Part shown: positions 19,131 to 29,364 of the stretch, in pieces
Numbering within the stretch: position 1 is the first letter of the stretch
How the letters are laid out: each line of letters begins with the position of its first letter
From: Parcubacteria group bacterium
GTDB lineage: Bacteria > Patescibacteriota > Patescibacteriia > UBA2169
Length of the DNA: 64,000 nt
Direction: 5' to 3'
Assembly (NCBI GenBank): GCA_016181765.1
Contig: JACOYR010000005.1
Span: 18,733-82,732, forward strand
Translations under genes and position numbers: made by a program
Notes under the pieces: model-generated
Database searches by the model: none
What the model was told of the DNA's origin: nothing
What the model saw: only the letters and a program-made list of their open reading frames with translations

Positions 19131-19681
19131 TGCGGGGAATCGCCATAGTATTCTCGCAGTGGCGCTACGCAGCGCTCGCCGCATCCATTGCGCTGGGGTT
19201 GTTTTTGTTTATCGCATGGCTGCCGAACCGCGCGTTGCTCGGATTTGCGCTTGGGTCTGAAACTATTTCATTTTGGAAGCTCATCTGGCAGAGTCCGCAG
19301 TTTTTTGTGGCCAATGAAACGCGCACGAGTGCGTTTATCGCGCTGGCCGTCATCATCCTCTCGGCAACCAACACTGCTCTGCTTGCGTATTATCTCAAGC
19401 GCAGGATCCATTCACAGCGCGGCGCAGGCATTGGCCTTGCCGGAACCGTGGTCGGGCTCTTGGGAGTCGGATGCGCGGCGTGCGGCTCAATCATCCTCTC
19501 ATCAATTTTCGGCCTTGGCGCTGCTGCATCCTTTTTGGGAGTGTTGCCGTTTGGGGGCCTTGAGTTCGGGGTTGTTGGCATTCTCGCGCTCGCTTTTTCA
19601 ATCAGGCTCTTGAGCCGGCGCATTCAAGATCCGGATGCCTGCGCCGTGCCGGGGCGCGCCACAAACCCCCCATTCCACTAA
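19127..19681 (+). CDS. Hypothetical membrane protein with GCAACG motif
   Basis: ATGA overlap with the ATPase; about 4 TM helices; LGVGCAACGS; Cys near C-terminus. Confidence 0.75.
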   Translation: MMRGIAIVFSQWRYAALAASIALGLFLFIAWLPNRALLGFALGSETISFWKLIWQSPQFFVANETRTSAFIALAVIILSATNTALLAYYLKRRIHSQRGAGIGLAGTVVGLLGVGCAACGSIILSSIFGLGAAASFLGVLPFGGLEFGVVGILALAFSIRLLSRRIQDPDACAVPGRATNPPFH

Positions 19682-19718
19682 ACGGGATTTGCTCGCGGAA
19701 AAATCCGAATGTTTCAAT

Positions 19719-19795
19719 TGGTCGGGGTACTGGGATTTGAACCCAGAATCCCCACGTCCCAAACGTGGTGCCTTAGCCAATTAGGCCATACCCCG
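19719..19795 (-). tRNA. tRNA-Pro(TGG)
   Basis: Cloverleaf; anticodon arm CCACG-TT-TGG-GA-CGTGG; encoded CCA. Confidence 0.97.
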
Positions 19796-19796
19796 G

Positions 19797-19933
19797 CGTC
19801 AGCCGCGCGCTTCAGGTTCCAGATACTCCTTTGAGTACAAAGCAGTATCTTTCACCTTGCGCCCGCGTCTTCCTTTCAAATTTCTGCTTAACCTCGGCGA
19901 GTACGCCTCGGCCCAAGCAGAAATTTGTGAAGA
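19797..19933 (-). repeat. Structured tRNA-leader element, copy A
   Basis: 13-bp stem CAAATTTCTGCTT/AAGCAGAAATTTG, GGAAGA linker, second hairpin, ends CTGACG 1 nt before tRNA-Pro. Confidence 0.8.
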
Positions 19934-19946
19934 CACATGTATTTTC

Positions 19947-20023
19947 TGGTGGGCGATCGAGGAATCGAACCTCGGACCTCGTCATTATCAGTGACGCGCT
20001 CTAACCATCTGAGCTAATCGCCC
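19947..20023 (-). tRNA. tRNA-Ile(GAT)
   Basis: Cloverleaf; CGTCA-CT-GAT-AA-TGACG; encoded CCA. Confidence 0.97.
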
Positions 20024-20024
20024 G

Positions 20025-20264
20025 TGGTGCCGCGGGGGTGAGTCGTCATCACCCCGTTAATACGGGGGCCAGGCGCTTCCCGTCCGCCATATGGCAGACG
20101 GTACTCCCAAAAGGGATAGTCTCTACACCTTTCCGCCTCATCGGCGGACTTGGCTCGGGATTGCCCGCATGGGGTTTCCCCGAATTCACCTGGTTTGCTG
20201 TAGCCTATTACTAGGCTAAGGCCCAAAGATTTAGGCCTTCGCTCTACCGCTGAGCTACCGCGGC
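20025..20264 (-). tRNA. Intron-containing tRNA, probably tRNA-Phe(GAA); anticodon and part of 3' exon missing in this sequence
   Basis: 5' exon GCCGCGG-TA-GCTC-AGCGGTA-GAGC-G-AAGGC-CT; 3' piece CGACT-CACCC-CCGCGGC-A-CCA; identity inferred from acceptor stem and A73. Confidence 0.7.
20046..20232 (-). ncRNA. Group I self-splicing intron (3' part absent)
   Basis: P1 AAGGCCU/GGGCCUU with U-G at the splice site, P2 with GUAA loop, GAAUUCGGGGAA, GGCAAUCCCGAGCCAAG, AAGGUGUAGAGACUA, P3 CCAGG/CCUGG, P8, then UGAUGA. Confidence 0.88.
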
Positions 20265-20292
20265 ACGCGGTAATTATCAATTCTTTTCTTTC

Positions 20293-20369
20293 TGGTGGAC
20301 GATGGAGGATTTGAACCTCCGACCTCGTCGATGTCAACGACGCGCTCTAACCAACTGAGCTAATCGTCC
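20293..20369 (-). tRNA. tRNA-Val(GAC)
   Basis: Cloverleaf; CGTCG-TT-GAC-AT-CGACG; encoded CCA. Confidence 0.97.
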
Positions 20370-20370
20370 T

Positions 20371-20503
20371 CGTCAGAGTCGGACTGCGGGTTGCGCGTGC
20401 GAGCAAGCTCGCCCGCTCCACCCTTCGCCCGCCTCTTCCTCTCAAATTTTTTCTTAACTTCCCTCGCGTTCGCTCGGTCAGCCCAAGAAAAAATTTGTGA
20501 AGA
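20371..20503 (-). repeat. Structured tRNA-leader element, copy B
   Basis: Stem CAAATTTTTTCTT/AAGAAAAAATTTG, GGAAGAGGCGGGC, ends CTCTGACG 1 nt before tRNA-Val. Confidence 0.8.
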
Positions 20504-20514
20504 ATCACCCAACC

Positions 20515-20543
20515 AGAATAGCAGAAACGCCTGGATTTTTCAA
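20515..20543 (-). promoter_or_regulatory. Sigma70 promoter for the tRNA Val-Phe-Ile-Pro cluster
   Basis: TTGAAA-17 nt-TATTCT on the minus strand. Confidence 0.6.
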
Positions 20544-20548
20544 GGGGT

Positions 20549-20585
20549 AAAAAACAACCCGCCCTTTTGGGGCGAGCTGTTTTTT
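20549..20585 (-). terminator. Intrinsic terminator after the 16S transcript
   Basis: GC-rich hairpin (CGCCC/GGGCG core) flanked by A and T runs. Confidence 0.6.
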
Positions 20586-20586
20586 C

Positions 20587-20614
20587 TTGAGTGATGATAT
20601 GGTTGCAAAACGTC
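20587..20614 (-). repeat. 3' arm of the 16S processing stem
   Basis: Inverted repeat of 22177-22204, 25 of 28 positions matching. Confidence 0.75.
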
Positions 20615-20777
20615 CGCTAGAGCATATGTGGGTACACTACTCACATAGTGGCTCTAACCTGCCCCTTGGTTTTAACCTTGTAGAGGCGACACAAAGGCTG
20701 TACCCCGTACGCTCGGAGAGCGGTACGGGTTCGACCAGCAATAGTTCTGCGCATGACCGCAGAACGGTGATCTCCCT

Positions 20778-22169
<1,392 letters not shown>

Positions 22170-22176
22170 TAGAATA

Positions 22177-22204
22177 GACGTTTTGCAACTATATCATTGC
22201 TCAA
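22177..22204 (-). repeat. 5' arm of the 16S processing stem
   Basis: TTGAGCAATGATATAGTTGCAAAACGTC pairs with the trailer arm at 20587-20614. Confidence 0.75.
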
Positions 22205-22404
22205 GTTTACCCCCGCGAAAGCGGGGGTTAGTGGCGCTTACCAAGAGTTTTGGGAAACTCTGGTAAACATGAGTTGTCAAAGAGATAAAAAATGCCTGCC
22301 CAAGAGGCAGACACACGACAAGATACAGTCTCGTTTTGTTGATAGTATTGAATATATCCTATCGTGTGTCTCCTGAACTGAATTGATTACTGCTAACTAC
22401 TCGT

Positions 22405-22433
22405 AGTATAGCGCAGGCGCGTATAAGTGTCAA
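22405..22433 (-). promoter_or_regulatory. Sigma70 promoter of the 16S rRNA gene
   Basis: TTGACA-17 nt-TATACT overlapping the trmD stop. Confidence 0.8.
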
Positions 22434-23116
22434 GAAGGGGGTTGTGGACGTTTTGTGGGCTGTTTTCGCTTGCTTTTGCGCCATTTTGCGATTTCGGCGT
22501 GGTTTCCGGAAAGCAAAATTTCCGGCACTTTCAACTCTTTTTTATCATCAGTGATAAAAATTTCGGGCCGGGTATACTGCGGGTACTCGCTGGAATTCTC
22601 GTCGCTAAAGGATTCTTCGCGGGATGACTCATCTTTGCCCAGCACGCCCGGAATGAGCCTGCTCGCGGCCTCAACCACGGCCAGGGCAGGCAGTTCTCCG
22701 CCGCTTAAGACAAAATCGCCGATTGAAATTTGCTCATCAACAAATTCAGCAACACGCTCATCAATGCCCTCGTACCGGCCTGCGATGAGGATGATTTGAT
22801 CGTATTGGGTTAGCCGCTGCGCATCTCTTTGTGTGAATCGTTTACCTCGTGGAGTAAGGAGAATGATTCTAGTGTCATTGCGAGGAGCCGCTCGTATGTC
22901 GTTGATGGCTCGGTATAGCGGCTCCGCCATCATGACCATGCCAACTCCGCCGCCGTACGGCGAATCATCCACGGTGCGGTGCGTATCGCTCGTGTAGTCC
23001 CGCAGGTTGTGTATGTTGATTTCAACCAGGCCATTTTTTTGCGCGCGAGCTAAAATAGACTCTTTTAGGTAAGAGTCAAAAATGTTGGGAAAAATTGTAA
23101 TGATGTCAAATGTCAT
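22430..23116 (-). CDS. trmD: tRNA (guanine37-N1)-methyltransferase
   Basis: VDDSPYGGGVGMVM, GRYEGIDERV, SIGDFVLSGGE, YPQYTRP. Confidence 0.97.
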   Translation of the reverse strand: MTFDIITIFPNIFDSYLKESILARAQKNGLVEINIHNLRDYTSDTHRTVDDSPYGGGVGMVMMAEPLYRAINDIRAAPRNDTRIILLTPRGKRFTQRDAQRLTQYDQIILIAGRYEGIDERVAEFVDEQISIGDFVLSGGELPALAVVEAASRLIPGVLGKDESSREESFSDENSSEYPQYTRPEIFITDDKKELKVPEILLSGNHAEIAKWRKSKRKQPTKRPQPPS

Positions 23117-23199
23117 AAACCAAAAACCGTACTGGCATAAACCTAGCACGGTTTTTGTAATTTTTCAATCAGAGCGCGCGAGCCTCTTCGGCTGGCAGG

Positions 23200-23571
23200 T
23201 TACAGCTTGAGGTCGTCCACGGCGCTGGTGTCAATCGGATCCTCTTTCGGTGCTGCGGCCGCGGGCCGGGAGTAGTCGCGCCGCTCGCCTTCTTCGCGCG
23301 GCTTGCGTGGCGCACGGGTGGAGCCTTCGGGCTCGTGGATTTTAAGGTTCACGCGCGCGTTGTTCTTGGCGCCCACGACCCGGAGCAGGGTGCGGATGGC
23401 GCGCGCGGTGTTGCCGCTCCTGCCGATGATCTGGCCCATGTCTTCGGGGTGTGTTTTGAGGGTGAGGAGCACTCCCATTTCATCCACGGTACGCTCTACC
23501 TGGATGTCATCCGGGTGATCCACCAATGACTTTACCACGAAGTCCAGAAACTGTTGATCTAGTTCTGCCAT
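23200..23571 (-). CDS. khpA: KH domain RNA-binding protein
   Basis: LVDHPDD, DMGQIIGRSGNTARAIRTLL; between rpsP and trmD. Confidence 0.9.
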   Translation of the reverse strand: MAELDQQFLDFVVKSLVDHPDDIQVERTVDEMGVLLTLKTHPEDMGQIIGRSGNTARAIRTLLRVVGAKNNARVNLKIHEPEGSTRAPRKPREEGERRDYSRPAAAAPKEDPIDTSAVDDLKL

Positions 23572-23682
23572 ACTGATTACCTACTTGTTAAACGACTGCG
23601 TGTGCCAGCCGTGGCGCGTGATTGGCGGGCTGACGAAACCCCCGCGCCTGCCGACAGCAGCTTTTTGGAGTATACCACAAAT

Positions 23683-24051
23683 TTATGCCCCGTCAATTTT
23701 TGGCGCTTCAGCTGGCGTTTGTTCTTTCGGCGCTTCAGCCTTAGGCGCGGGAGCGGCTTCTTTTGTTTCTTCGGCTTTTTTCTTGGGCCTCCATGCCCGG
23801 ACTTTTTTTCCTTCTATCACGCCCTGCTTCACCAAAAGGTTGTGCACGGTTGCTGAGGGTTGCGCCCCTACGGAGAGCCAGTACTTGATGCGGTCCGCTT
23901 TCAGGCTTATAGTCTTGGGGATAGCGACCGGATCGTAGTTGCCCAGGATTTCGTTGTGGCGGCCGTAGAGGTCGCGCTTGTGCTCGGAAACAACCACCCG
24001 GTAGGAGGGGCGGTTCTTTTTGCCGATTCGTTGGAGCCTGATTGCTAACAT
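23683..24051 (-). CDS. rpsP: 30S ribosomal protein S16
   Basis: MLAIRLQRIGKKNRPSYRVVV, LGNYDP, YWLSVGAQPS. Confidence 0.97.
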   Translation of the reverse strand: MLAIRLQRIGKKNRPSYRVVVSEHKRDLYGRHNEILGNYDPVAIPKTISLKADRIKYWLSVGAQPSATVHNLLVKQGVIEGKKVRAWRPKKKAEETKEAAPAPKAEAPKEQTPAEAPKIDGA

Positions 24052-24083
24052 AATGAAGATACTATATGAAATCCGTATTCCTG

Positions 24084-26315
24084 TCAAGCAACGCTCGCGA
24101 GCGCTTTTTCCAGGTCAACGGACAGGAGTTTGGAGACGCCGTTGTCTCCCATGGTTACCCCATAGAGGATGCTTGATTGCTCCATGGTGGCGCGGTTGTG
24201 CGTGATGGCGATGAACTGGGTGTCGCGCGAGAGTGTTGCCAGAATGTGGGCAAAGCGTTCGCTATTCGCCTCGTCCAGCGCCGCATCCACCTCGTCCAGC
24301 ACCACGAACGGCGAGGGGTTGGCGCGGATGATGGCACAGATTAAGGCGATTGAGGTGAGCGCGCGCTCACCGCCCGAGAGCACGCTTATGGAGCTTACTT
24401 TTTTGCCCGGGGGCGATGCCTTGATCTCAATGCCTGTTTTTACGCTCTGCGCCAGGCTCTCTTGTTCTTTTTTGGTAAGCCCGGCAGCCAGGTCCTCGGA
24501 AAGCATCTCCAGCTCGTTCTGTTTGTACATTACGAGCTTTGCGGAACCGCCATTGAACAGCGTTTTGAAATACTCGCTGAATCCGGCTTCAATTTTTTGG
24601 AATGCGCTGGTGAATTGTTTTTCAATGGTTGCGTCCAGTTCAAGAAGCGCGCGTTTTGTTTTTTCAAGCCCCGTGTCCAAATCCTTAAGCTGCAGAACCA
24701 GGAAGTCGTGCCGTTTTTTTGCTTCGCGGTACTCGCTGTCCGCTGACTCTTCAATCCCGCCGATCATTTCCAGCTCACTCTTGATGGCGGCAATTTTTTC
24801 CCACGCAACGCCGCTTTGCGCGCCCGGACCGGGATGGTAGTTTTTGATGGCGATGCACAGATCGCGCGCAACTTCGCGGTCAATTTCGCTCTGGAGGTCA
24901 AGGCTGCGGGTTTCAACTTTCGCGGCCTCAACGTCAATGGCGCTTGCATGCGCCGCCGCCTGGTGCAAGTCCCTCTGGAGCTCCTGGTACTTCCGCTGGG
25001 TTTCAAACACGTCGGTGGTCGCTTTTGACTCGGCGTGCCTGAGCTTGTCCACCAGATTCTGTTTTTCCGCAACTTCCTGTTCGGCTCTCGTGAGGTCGCC
25101 GTGCAGCGCTGCGATGTTCCGGGTAAGTTCGGAAATTTTTTCCGAAATCCGCGAGGTACCCGCGTTCGTTTCATTGAGAACGCTTTTGAGCTCGGCCGCG
25201 AGGGAGGCGGCTTTCGCTTTGAGCGCCTTGAATTCGGCAAGCGACGAGGCGCGTCCGAACGCTTCCAAAAAAGAAACGTGCCGCCGCGCGCTCGCAACGA
25301 GCTTTTCGGCGTCAATGCCTGTTGGGTGCTCTTTTTCCACGCGCTTAAGAACTTCAAGCTCGCGCTTGATCCCGGCAAGCGCTCCGGTAACCTCGTTTTT
25401 CTTGGCGAGGGACTCGCGGTACGCGGATTGCACCTTGTCGTACCCCCCCACCACGGCGCTCTTTTGCTCTTTTTCCAGTTTGGCAAGCCGGTTCTGTAGT
25501 TCGGAAAGTTTTTTGGCGAGCGCGAGGTGGTCTTTTTCAATGCCGCGCTTCCGGTCCCGCAGGGCCTCGCGCTTGGTTGCGGTATCGTGCCAGAGCGAGC
25601 CGTAGTAGCTTGTCTGGAGTATCGCGAGCTCTTTTGAGAGCTGTTCGCGTTTTTTGCGTTTTTCCATCTGGTGCGCAAGCAGCTTGACGCGCGGGGAAAT
25701 TTCCCGGATCAATCCCCGCACCTCGGCGAGATTCTCTTCAGTAGCCTTGATTTTGCTTACTGCGCTTCCGCGCTTGATTTGGAACTGCTTAACCCCGGTC
25801 GCCTCGTCAAAAAAATTTTTCCGCTCAAACGGGGACGCGGAGAGGATTGCGTCGGTCATCCCTTGTCCGATGACGCTGTAGGAACGGCCCCCGAAGTTTG
25901 CTTGCGCGAGCAGGAGCTGGATATCCGCCAGGCGCACTTTGGAATTGTTGATGCGGTACTCGCCCGTGCCATCTCGGTATACGCGGCGCTTGATGACCAG
26001 TTTTTCGTACTCAACGTCCGTTTTTTTGTCCTCATTGTTCAGGTAGAGGGCGACTTCGGCAAAACCCAAACGCGCGAGTTTTGCGGAACCCGAGAAGATC
26101 ACGTCTTCGCTTTTCTTGCCGCGCAAGAGCTTTAAGCTCTGCTCGCCCAGCACCCAGCGCACCGCGTCCGCGGTGTTGGATTTGCCGCTGCCGTTCGGCC
26201 CCACGATGGCGGCGATTCCCGGGGAATGCGCTCCGGCCGACCGCACCGGGAACTCTAGGACCGCCTTGTGCGCAAACGATTTAAATCCTTGTAGTTCAAG
26301 TTTCTCTAGGTACAT
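24084..26315 (-). CDS. smc: SMC-family ATPase, short form (743 aa) without recognisable hinge
   Basis: GFKSFA, GPNGSGKSN, LSGGE, FVVLDEVDAALD, ITH; two coiled-coil arms; follows rnc. Confidence 0.9.
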   Translation of the reverse strand: MYLEKLELQGFKSFAHKAVLEFPVRSAGAHSPGIAAIVGPNGSGKSNTADAVRWVLGEQSLKLLRGKKSEDVIFSGSAKLARLGFAEVALYLNNEDKKTDVEYEKLVIKRRVYRDGTGEYRINNSKVRLADIQLLLAQANFGGRSYSVIGQGMTDAILSASPFERKNFFDEATGVKQFQIKRGSAVSKIKATEENLAEVRGLIREISPRVKLLAHQMEKRKKREQLSKELAILQTSYYGSLWHDTATKREALRDRKRGIEKDHLALAKKLSELQNRLAKLEKEQKSAVVGGYDKVQSAYRESLAKKNEVTGALAGIKRELEVLKRVEKEHPTGIDAEKLVASARRHVSFLEAFGRASSLAEFKALKAKAASLAAELKSVLNETNAGTSRISEKISELTRNIAALHGDLTRAEQEVAEKQNLVDKLRHAESKATTDVFETQRKYQELQRDLHQAAAHASAIDVEAAKVETRSLDLQSEIDREVARDLCIAIKNYHPGPGAQSGVAWEKIAAIKSELEMIGGIEESADSEYREAKKRHDFLVLQLKDLDTGLEKTKRALLELDATIEKQFTSAFQKIEAGFSEYFKTLFNGGSAKLVMYKQNELEMLSEDLAAGLTKKEQESLAQSVKTGIEIKASPPGKKVSSISVLSGGERALTSIALICAIIRANPSPFVVLDEVDAALDEANSERFAHILATLSRDTQFIAITHNRATMEQSSILYGVTMGDNGVSKLLSVDLEKALASVA

Positions 26316-26343
26316 GGCTTTTGTTTTTGTCCTCCGGCAGCGG

Positions 26344-27033
26344 TCACCAGCCCTTTGCGGCAAGGCCCGCGTGCGCTGCCGCGGTCTCGGCTTCCTGCTT
26401 TGAGGTGCCCGACCCTTGAGCGATTTCATGACCCCCGATTTTTACGGCGACCGTAAAGCGCTTGTTGTGGTCCGGCCCGCTCTCGCTCGTTACATGGTAC
26501 GTGGGCGTTGCCGAAAGTTTTTCTTGGGACGCTTCCTGGAACGCGGTTTTGGGGTCCCGGTACAGCTTATGGAGAAGGATGTCCGGGAGTTTTGAAATGA
26601 TGTATTTTTCTACGAATTGTTTCGCGCTCTCGTACCCCTGGTCAAGGTAGACGGCCCCGATGGCCGCTTCCATGGCATTTGCCAGTATGTAGTTGCGCGC
26701 TTTGGCATTTGCGTCTTTGCTCTCCCCCTTGGAAAGGTAGAGGTACTCTTCAAGGCCCGCTTCGCGGGAGGAGGCGGCGAGCGTGGTTGAGTTCACGAGC
26801 GCGGCGCGCCAGTTGGTGAGTTCGCCCTCGGGGTTCGGGTAGCGGCCGTAGAGGTGCTCGGTCACCACCAATTCCAATACCGCGTCTCCCAGGAATTCAA
26901 GGCGCTCATTGTGGTCAAGCTCAAACGACGGGTTTTCGTTCAGGTACGACCTATGAACCAAAGCCTGTTGCAAGAGCCTTGAGTTGTTGAATCGTACGCC
27001 TAATGAATCTTCTAGGGGGGACAGGTCGTGCAT
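26344..27033 (-). CDS. rnc: Ribonuclease III
   Basis: HNERLEFLGDAVL; dsRBD with GPDHNKRF and SKQEAE. Confidence 0.98.
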   Translation of the reverse strand: MHDLSPLEDSLGVRFNNSRLLQQALVHRSYLNENPSFELDHNERLEFLGDAVLELVVTEHLYGRYPNPEGELTNWRAALVNSTTLAASSREAGLEEYLYLSKGESKDANAKARNYILANAMEAAIGAVYLDQGYESAKQFVEKYIISKLPDILLHKLYRDPKTAFQEASQEKLSATPTYHVTSESGPDHNKRFTVAVKIGGHEIAQGSGTSKQEAETAAAHAGLAAKGW

Positions 27034-27042
27034 ACCGTTCAG

Positions 27043-27522
27043 TTACTCCTTAACGTCTTTTTGTTCCACTTTCCGCGGCGCGTCGTTCGCCACCTTGGGG
27101 TGGTTCTGCGCCGCCATGTCTTTGTAAATGGAGCCCAAAACGCCGTTGACGAATTTTCCGGAAGCGCCCCCTCCGAACGACTTGGCGAGCTCAATGGCTT
27201 CGTTGATGGCGACTTTCGGCGGAATGGCGGTATCCAGCGTGAGTTCGTAGATGCCAATGCGAAGCACGTTTCGGTCAACGACCGTTATTTGTTCAAGAGG
27301 CCACTCGGGTGCGTACCCCTCAATGGTCTTGTCTATCTCGGCCCTGTTTTTTTCAACGCCGGCAGCGAGGTTGCGCGCAAAATCCTGGTCAGCGAGCCCG
27401 GGCGCCAAATTCACCAGGTTTTTTTCCGTTATACGGCCAAGCGCGTTATCCTCTTTTCCGTGAAAATCCCATTCATACAGGCTTTGCATGGCAATGGTTC
27501 TGGCGAGGTGCCTGTTGGACAT
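27043..27522 (-). CDS. nusB: Transcription antitermination factor NusB
   Basis: [43 protein letters not shown]. Confidence 0.96.
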   Translation of the reverse strand: MSNRHLARTIAMQSLYEWDFHGKEDNALGRITEKNLVNLAPGLADQDFARNLAAGVEKNRAEIDKTIEGYAPEWPLEQITVVDRNVLRIGIYELTLDTAIPPKVAINEAIELAKSFGGGASGKFVNGVLGSIYKDMAAQNHPKVANDAPRKVEQKDVKE

Positions 27523-27526
27523 ACTA

Positions 27527-27712
27527 CTAGGACTTCGTTATGGGGGATGCCTTGGAAACTTTGCGGTACTCGCCGCATTGCGGGCACACCCGGTGGGGCA
27601 GGACGAACGCGCCGCAGCCCGCGCATGCCGAAAGCGCGCTCGGTTTGAGCGCGTGGTGCGAGGCGCGGCGTTTGCCGTGGGAGCTGGTTCTTCGTTTGGG
27701 AGGTACTGACAT
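27527..27712 (-). CDS. rpmF: 50S ribosomal protein L32
   Basis: [33 protein letters not shown]. Confidence 0.95.
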   Translation of the reverse strand: MSVPPKRRTSSHGKRRASHHALKPSALSACAGCGAFVLPHRVCPQCGEYRKVSKASPITKS

Positions 27713-27842
27713 AGTATGGGTACTATACTGAATATTTTTTCTTTTTGCAAGTATCCCCAGGCTACCCACACCTTGTGCGCATGTTGTTTCATTTTACAGC
27801 CGCACAAAGTGTGATATAGTAGAAACCGTCTAAAACGCCCCT

Positions 27843-29234
27843 ATGAATCCGGAACAACTCTGGCAAGCAACCCTCGGGGAACTGGAACTCTCGGTTTCCA
27901 AGGTGCACTTTACGACTTGGTTTCGTAACACCTTTATCGTTGAGTGGAATGAGGATCAAGTAGTGGTCGCGGTGCCCAACAATTTCACCAAAGCGTGGCT
28001 TGAGAACAAATACCACAAATCCATCCTCAAGGTGCTCCAGAATATCACCGAGAACCGGATTGGGCGGATTGAGTATAAGGTTGAAACATCCCCTCGGCGC
28101 GCGGCGCAGCTCGTGTCTTTGGTTTCTGCGCCGCAAGCCGAGGCTGATCCTGCTTCGGAATATGCGCTCTCCCCTGTTGCTGCCGCATCCTCCCGGACGT
28201 CCGGGGCGGCGCCGGCTTTCAACCCGCGGTATATTTTTGCGAACTTCGTGGTGGGAAAAGGCAATGAGCTCGCGTATGCGGCAAGCGTGCGGGTCGCCAA
28301 AGAGCCGGGCACCAAGTACAATCCCCTGTTTTTGTACGGAGGCGTGGGCTTGGGCAAAACGCACCTCATGCTCGCCGTGGGCAACGAGCTCGCGCGCACC
28401 AACCCGTCGCTCAAGATTCTCTACATCTCCGGAGAGCAGTTCACCAACGATTACGTGGGCTCATTGCACAGCGGCACCGTGGAAGAGTTCAAGCAGAAGT
28501 ACCGGACTCCGGATCTGCTCTTGGTGGATGACATTCAATTCATTGGCGGCAAAGAGCAGACCCAGGAGCAGTTTTTCCACGTGTTCAACATCCTGCGGGA
28601 CTCGCACCGGCAGATTGTACTTACCTCGGACCGGCCGCCTAAAGCCATTCCCGCGCTTGAGGAGCGGCTCATTTCGCGGTTTGAGTGGGGCATGATCGCG
28701 GACATCTCAAGCCCGGATTTGGAGACGCGCACCGCGATTCTCGCATCCAAGAGCAAGGAGCGGGGAATTGTGCTGTCCGAGGAGGCGCTGCGGTTTTTGG
28801 CGAGCCACATCCAGAGCAACGTGCGCGAGCTTGAGGGCGCTCTGAACAAGCTGCTCGCGCACTGCGAGCTGCACAACATTGAGCCGAACATGGATGTGGC
28901 GCGCGAGGTTGTTGCGTCCATTACCTTGAGCCAGCGCAGGGGCACCGTGAGCTCGCGGGAGCTCCTCAAAATCGTGTCTGAATACTTTGATATTTCACTA
29001 GATGACCTCACGGGGCAATCCCGGCGCAAGGAGCTCGTGGTGCCGCGGCAGATTACCATGTTTTTGATGCGCGAAGAGATGGACGCCTCGTACCCGACCA
29101 TCGGCAACGAGCTCGGCGGCCGCGACCACACCACGGCCATGCACGCGTACGCCAAAATCAAGCGCGACTTTGACAGCGACGAGCGCGTGCGCCAGGACAT
29201 TGGCTCAATTCGCCAACGGTTGTATAATGGATAG
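27843..29234 (+). CDS. dnaA: Chromosomal replication initiator
   Basis: YNPLFLYGGVGLGKTHL, LLVDDIQF, SNVRELEGAL, GGRDHTT. Confidence 0.99.
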   Translation: MNPEQLWQATLGELELSVSKVHFTTWFRNTFIVEWNEDQVVVAVPNNFTKAWLENKYHKSILKVLQNITENRIGRIEYKVETSPRRAAQLVSLVSAPQAEADPASEYALSPVAAASSRTSGAAPAFNPRYIFANFVVGKGNELAYAASVRVAKEPGTKYNPLFLYGGVGLGKTHLMLAVGNELARTNPSLKILYISGEQFTNDYVGSLHSGTVEEFKQKYRTPDLLLVDDIQFIGGKEQTQEQFFHVFNILRDSHRQIVLTSDRPPKAIPALEERLISRFEWGMIADISSPDLETRTAILASKSKERGIVLSEEALRFLASHIQSNVRELEGALNKLLAHCELHNIEPNMDVAREVVASITLSQRRGTVSSRELLKIVSEYFDISLDDLTGQSRRKELVVPRQITMFLMREEMDASYPTIGNELGGRDHTTAMHAYAKIKRDFDSDERVRQDIGSIRQRLYNG

Positions 29235-29254
29235 GTAAGATTGATGATTGTGTC

Positions 29255-29353
29255 GGAGCCGCGTGTGCTCCCAATTCAGCAGGGAACCCGCCCCTGTCCG
29301 AGGCGTAACTCGGACAGGGGCACCCTGGGTGAATTGTCCGCACACGCGGCTCC
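29255..29353. repeat. Long irregular hairpin element (family 2), copy 1
   Basis: Outer stem GGAGCCGCGTGTGC/GCACACGCGGCTCC; apical CCGAG-GCGTAA-CTCGG. Confidence 0.7.
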
Positions 29354-29364
29354 TCTAAGTCCGT

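Noticed and set aside
9634-19718. Integrase or att direct repeat delimiting the metal cluster at tRNA-Pro
   Set aside because: No integrase and no duplicated tRNA 3' end found, so mobility is not directly supported
27713-27842. oriC upstream of dnaA
   Set aside because: No convincing TTATCCACA cluster or unwinding element
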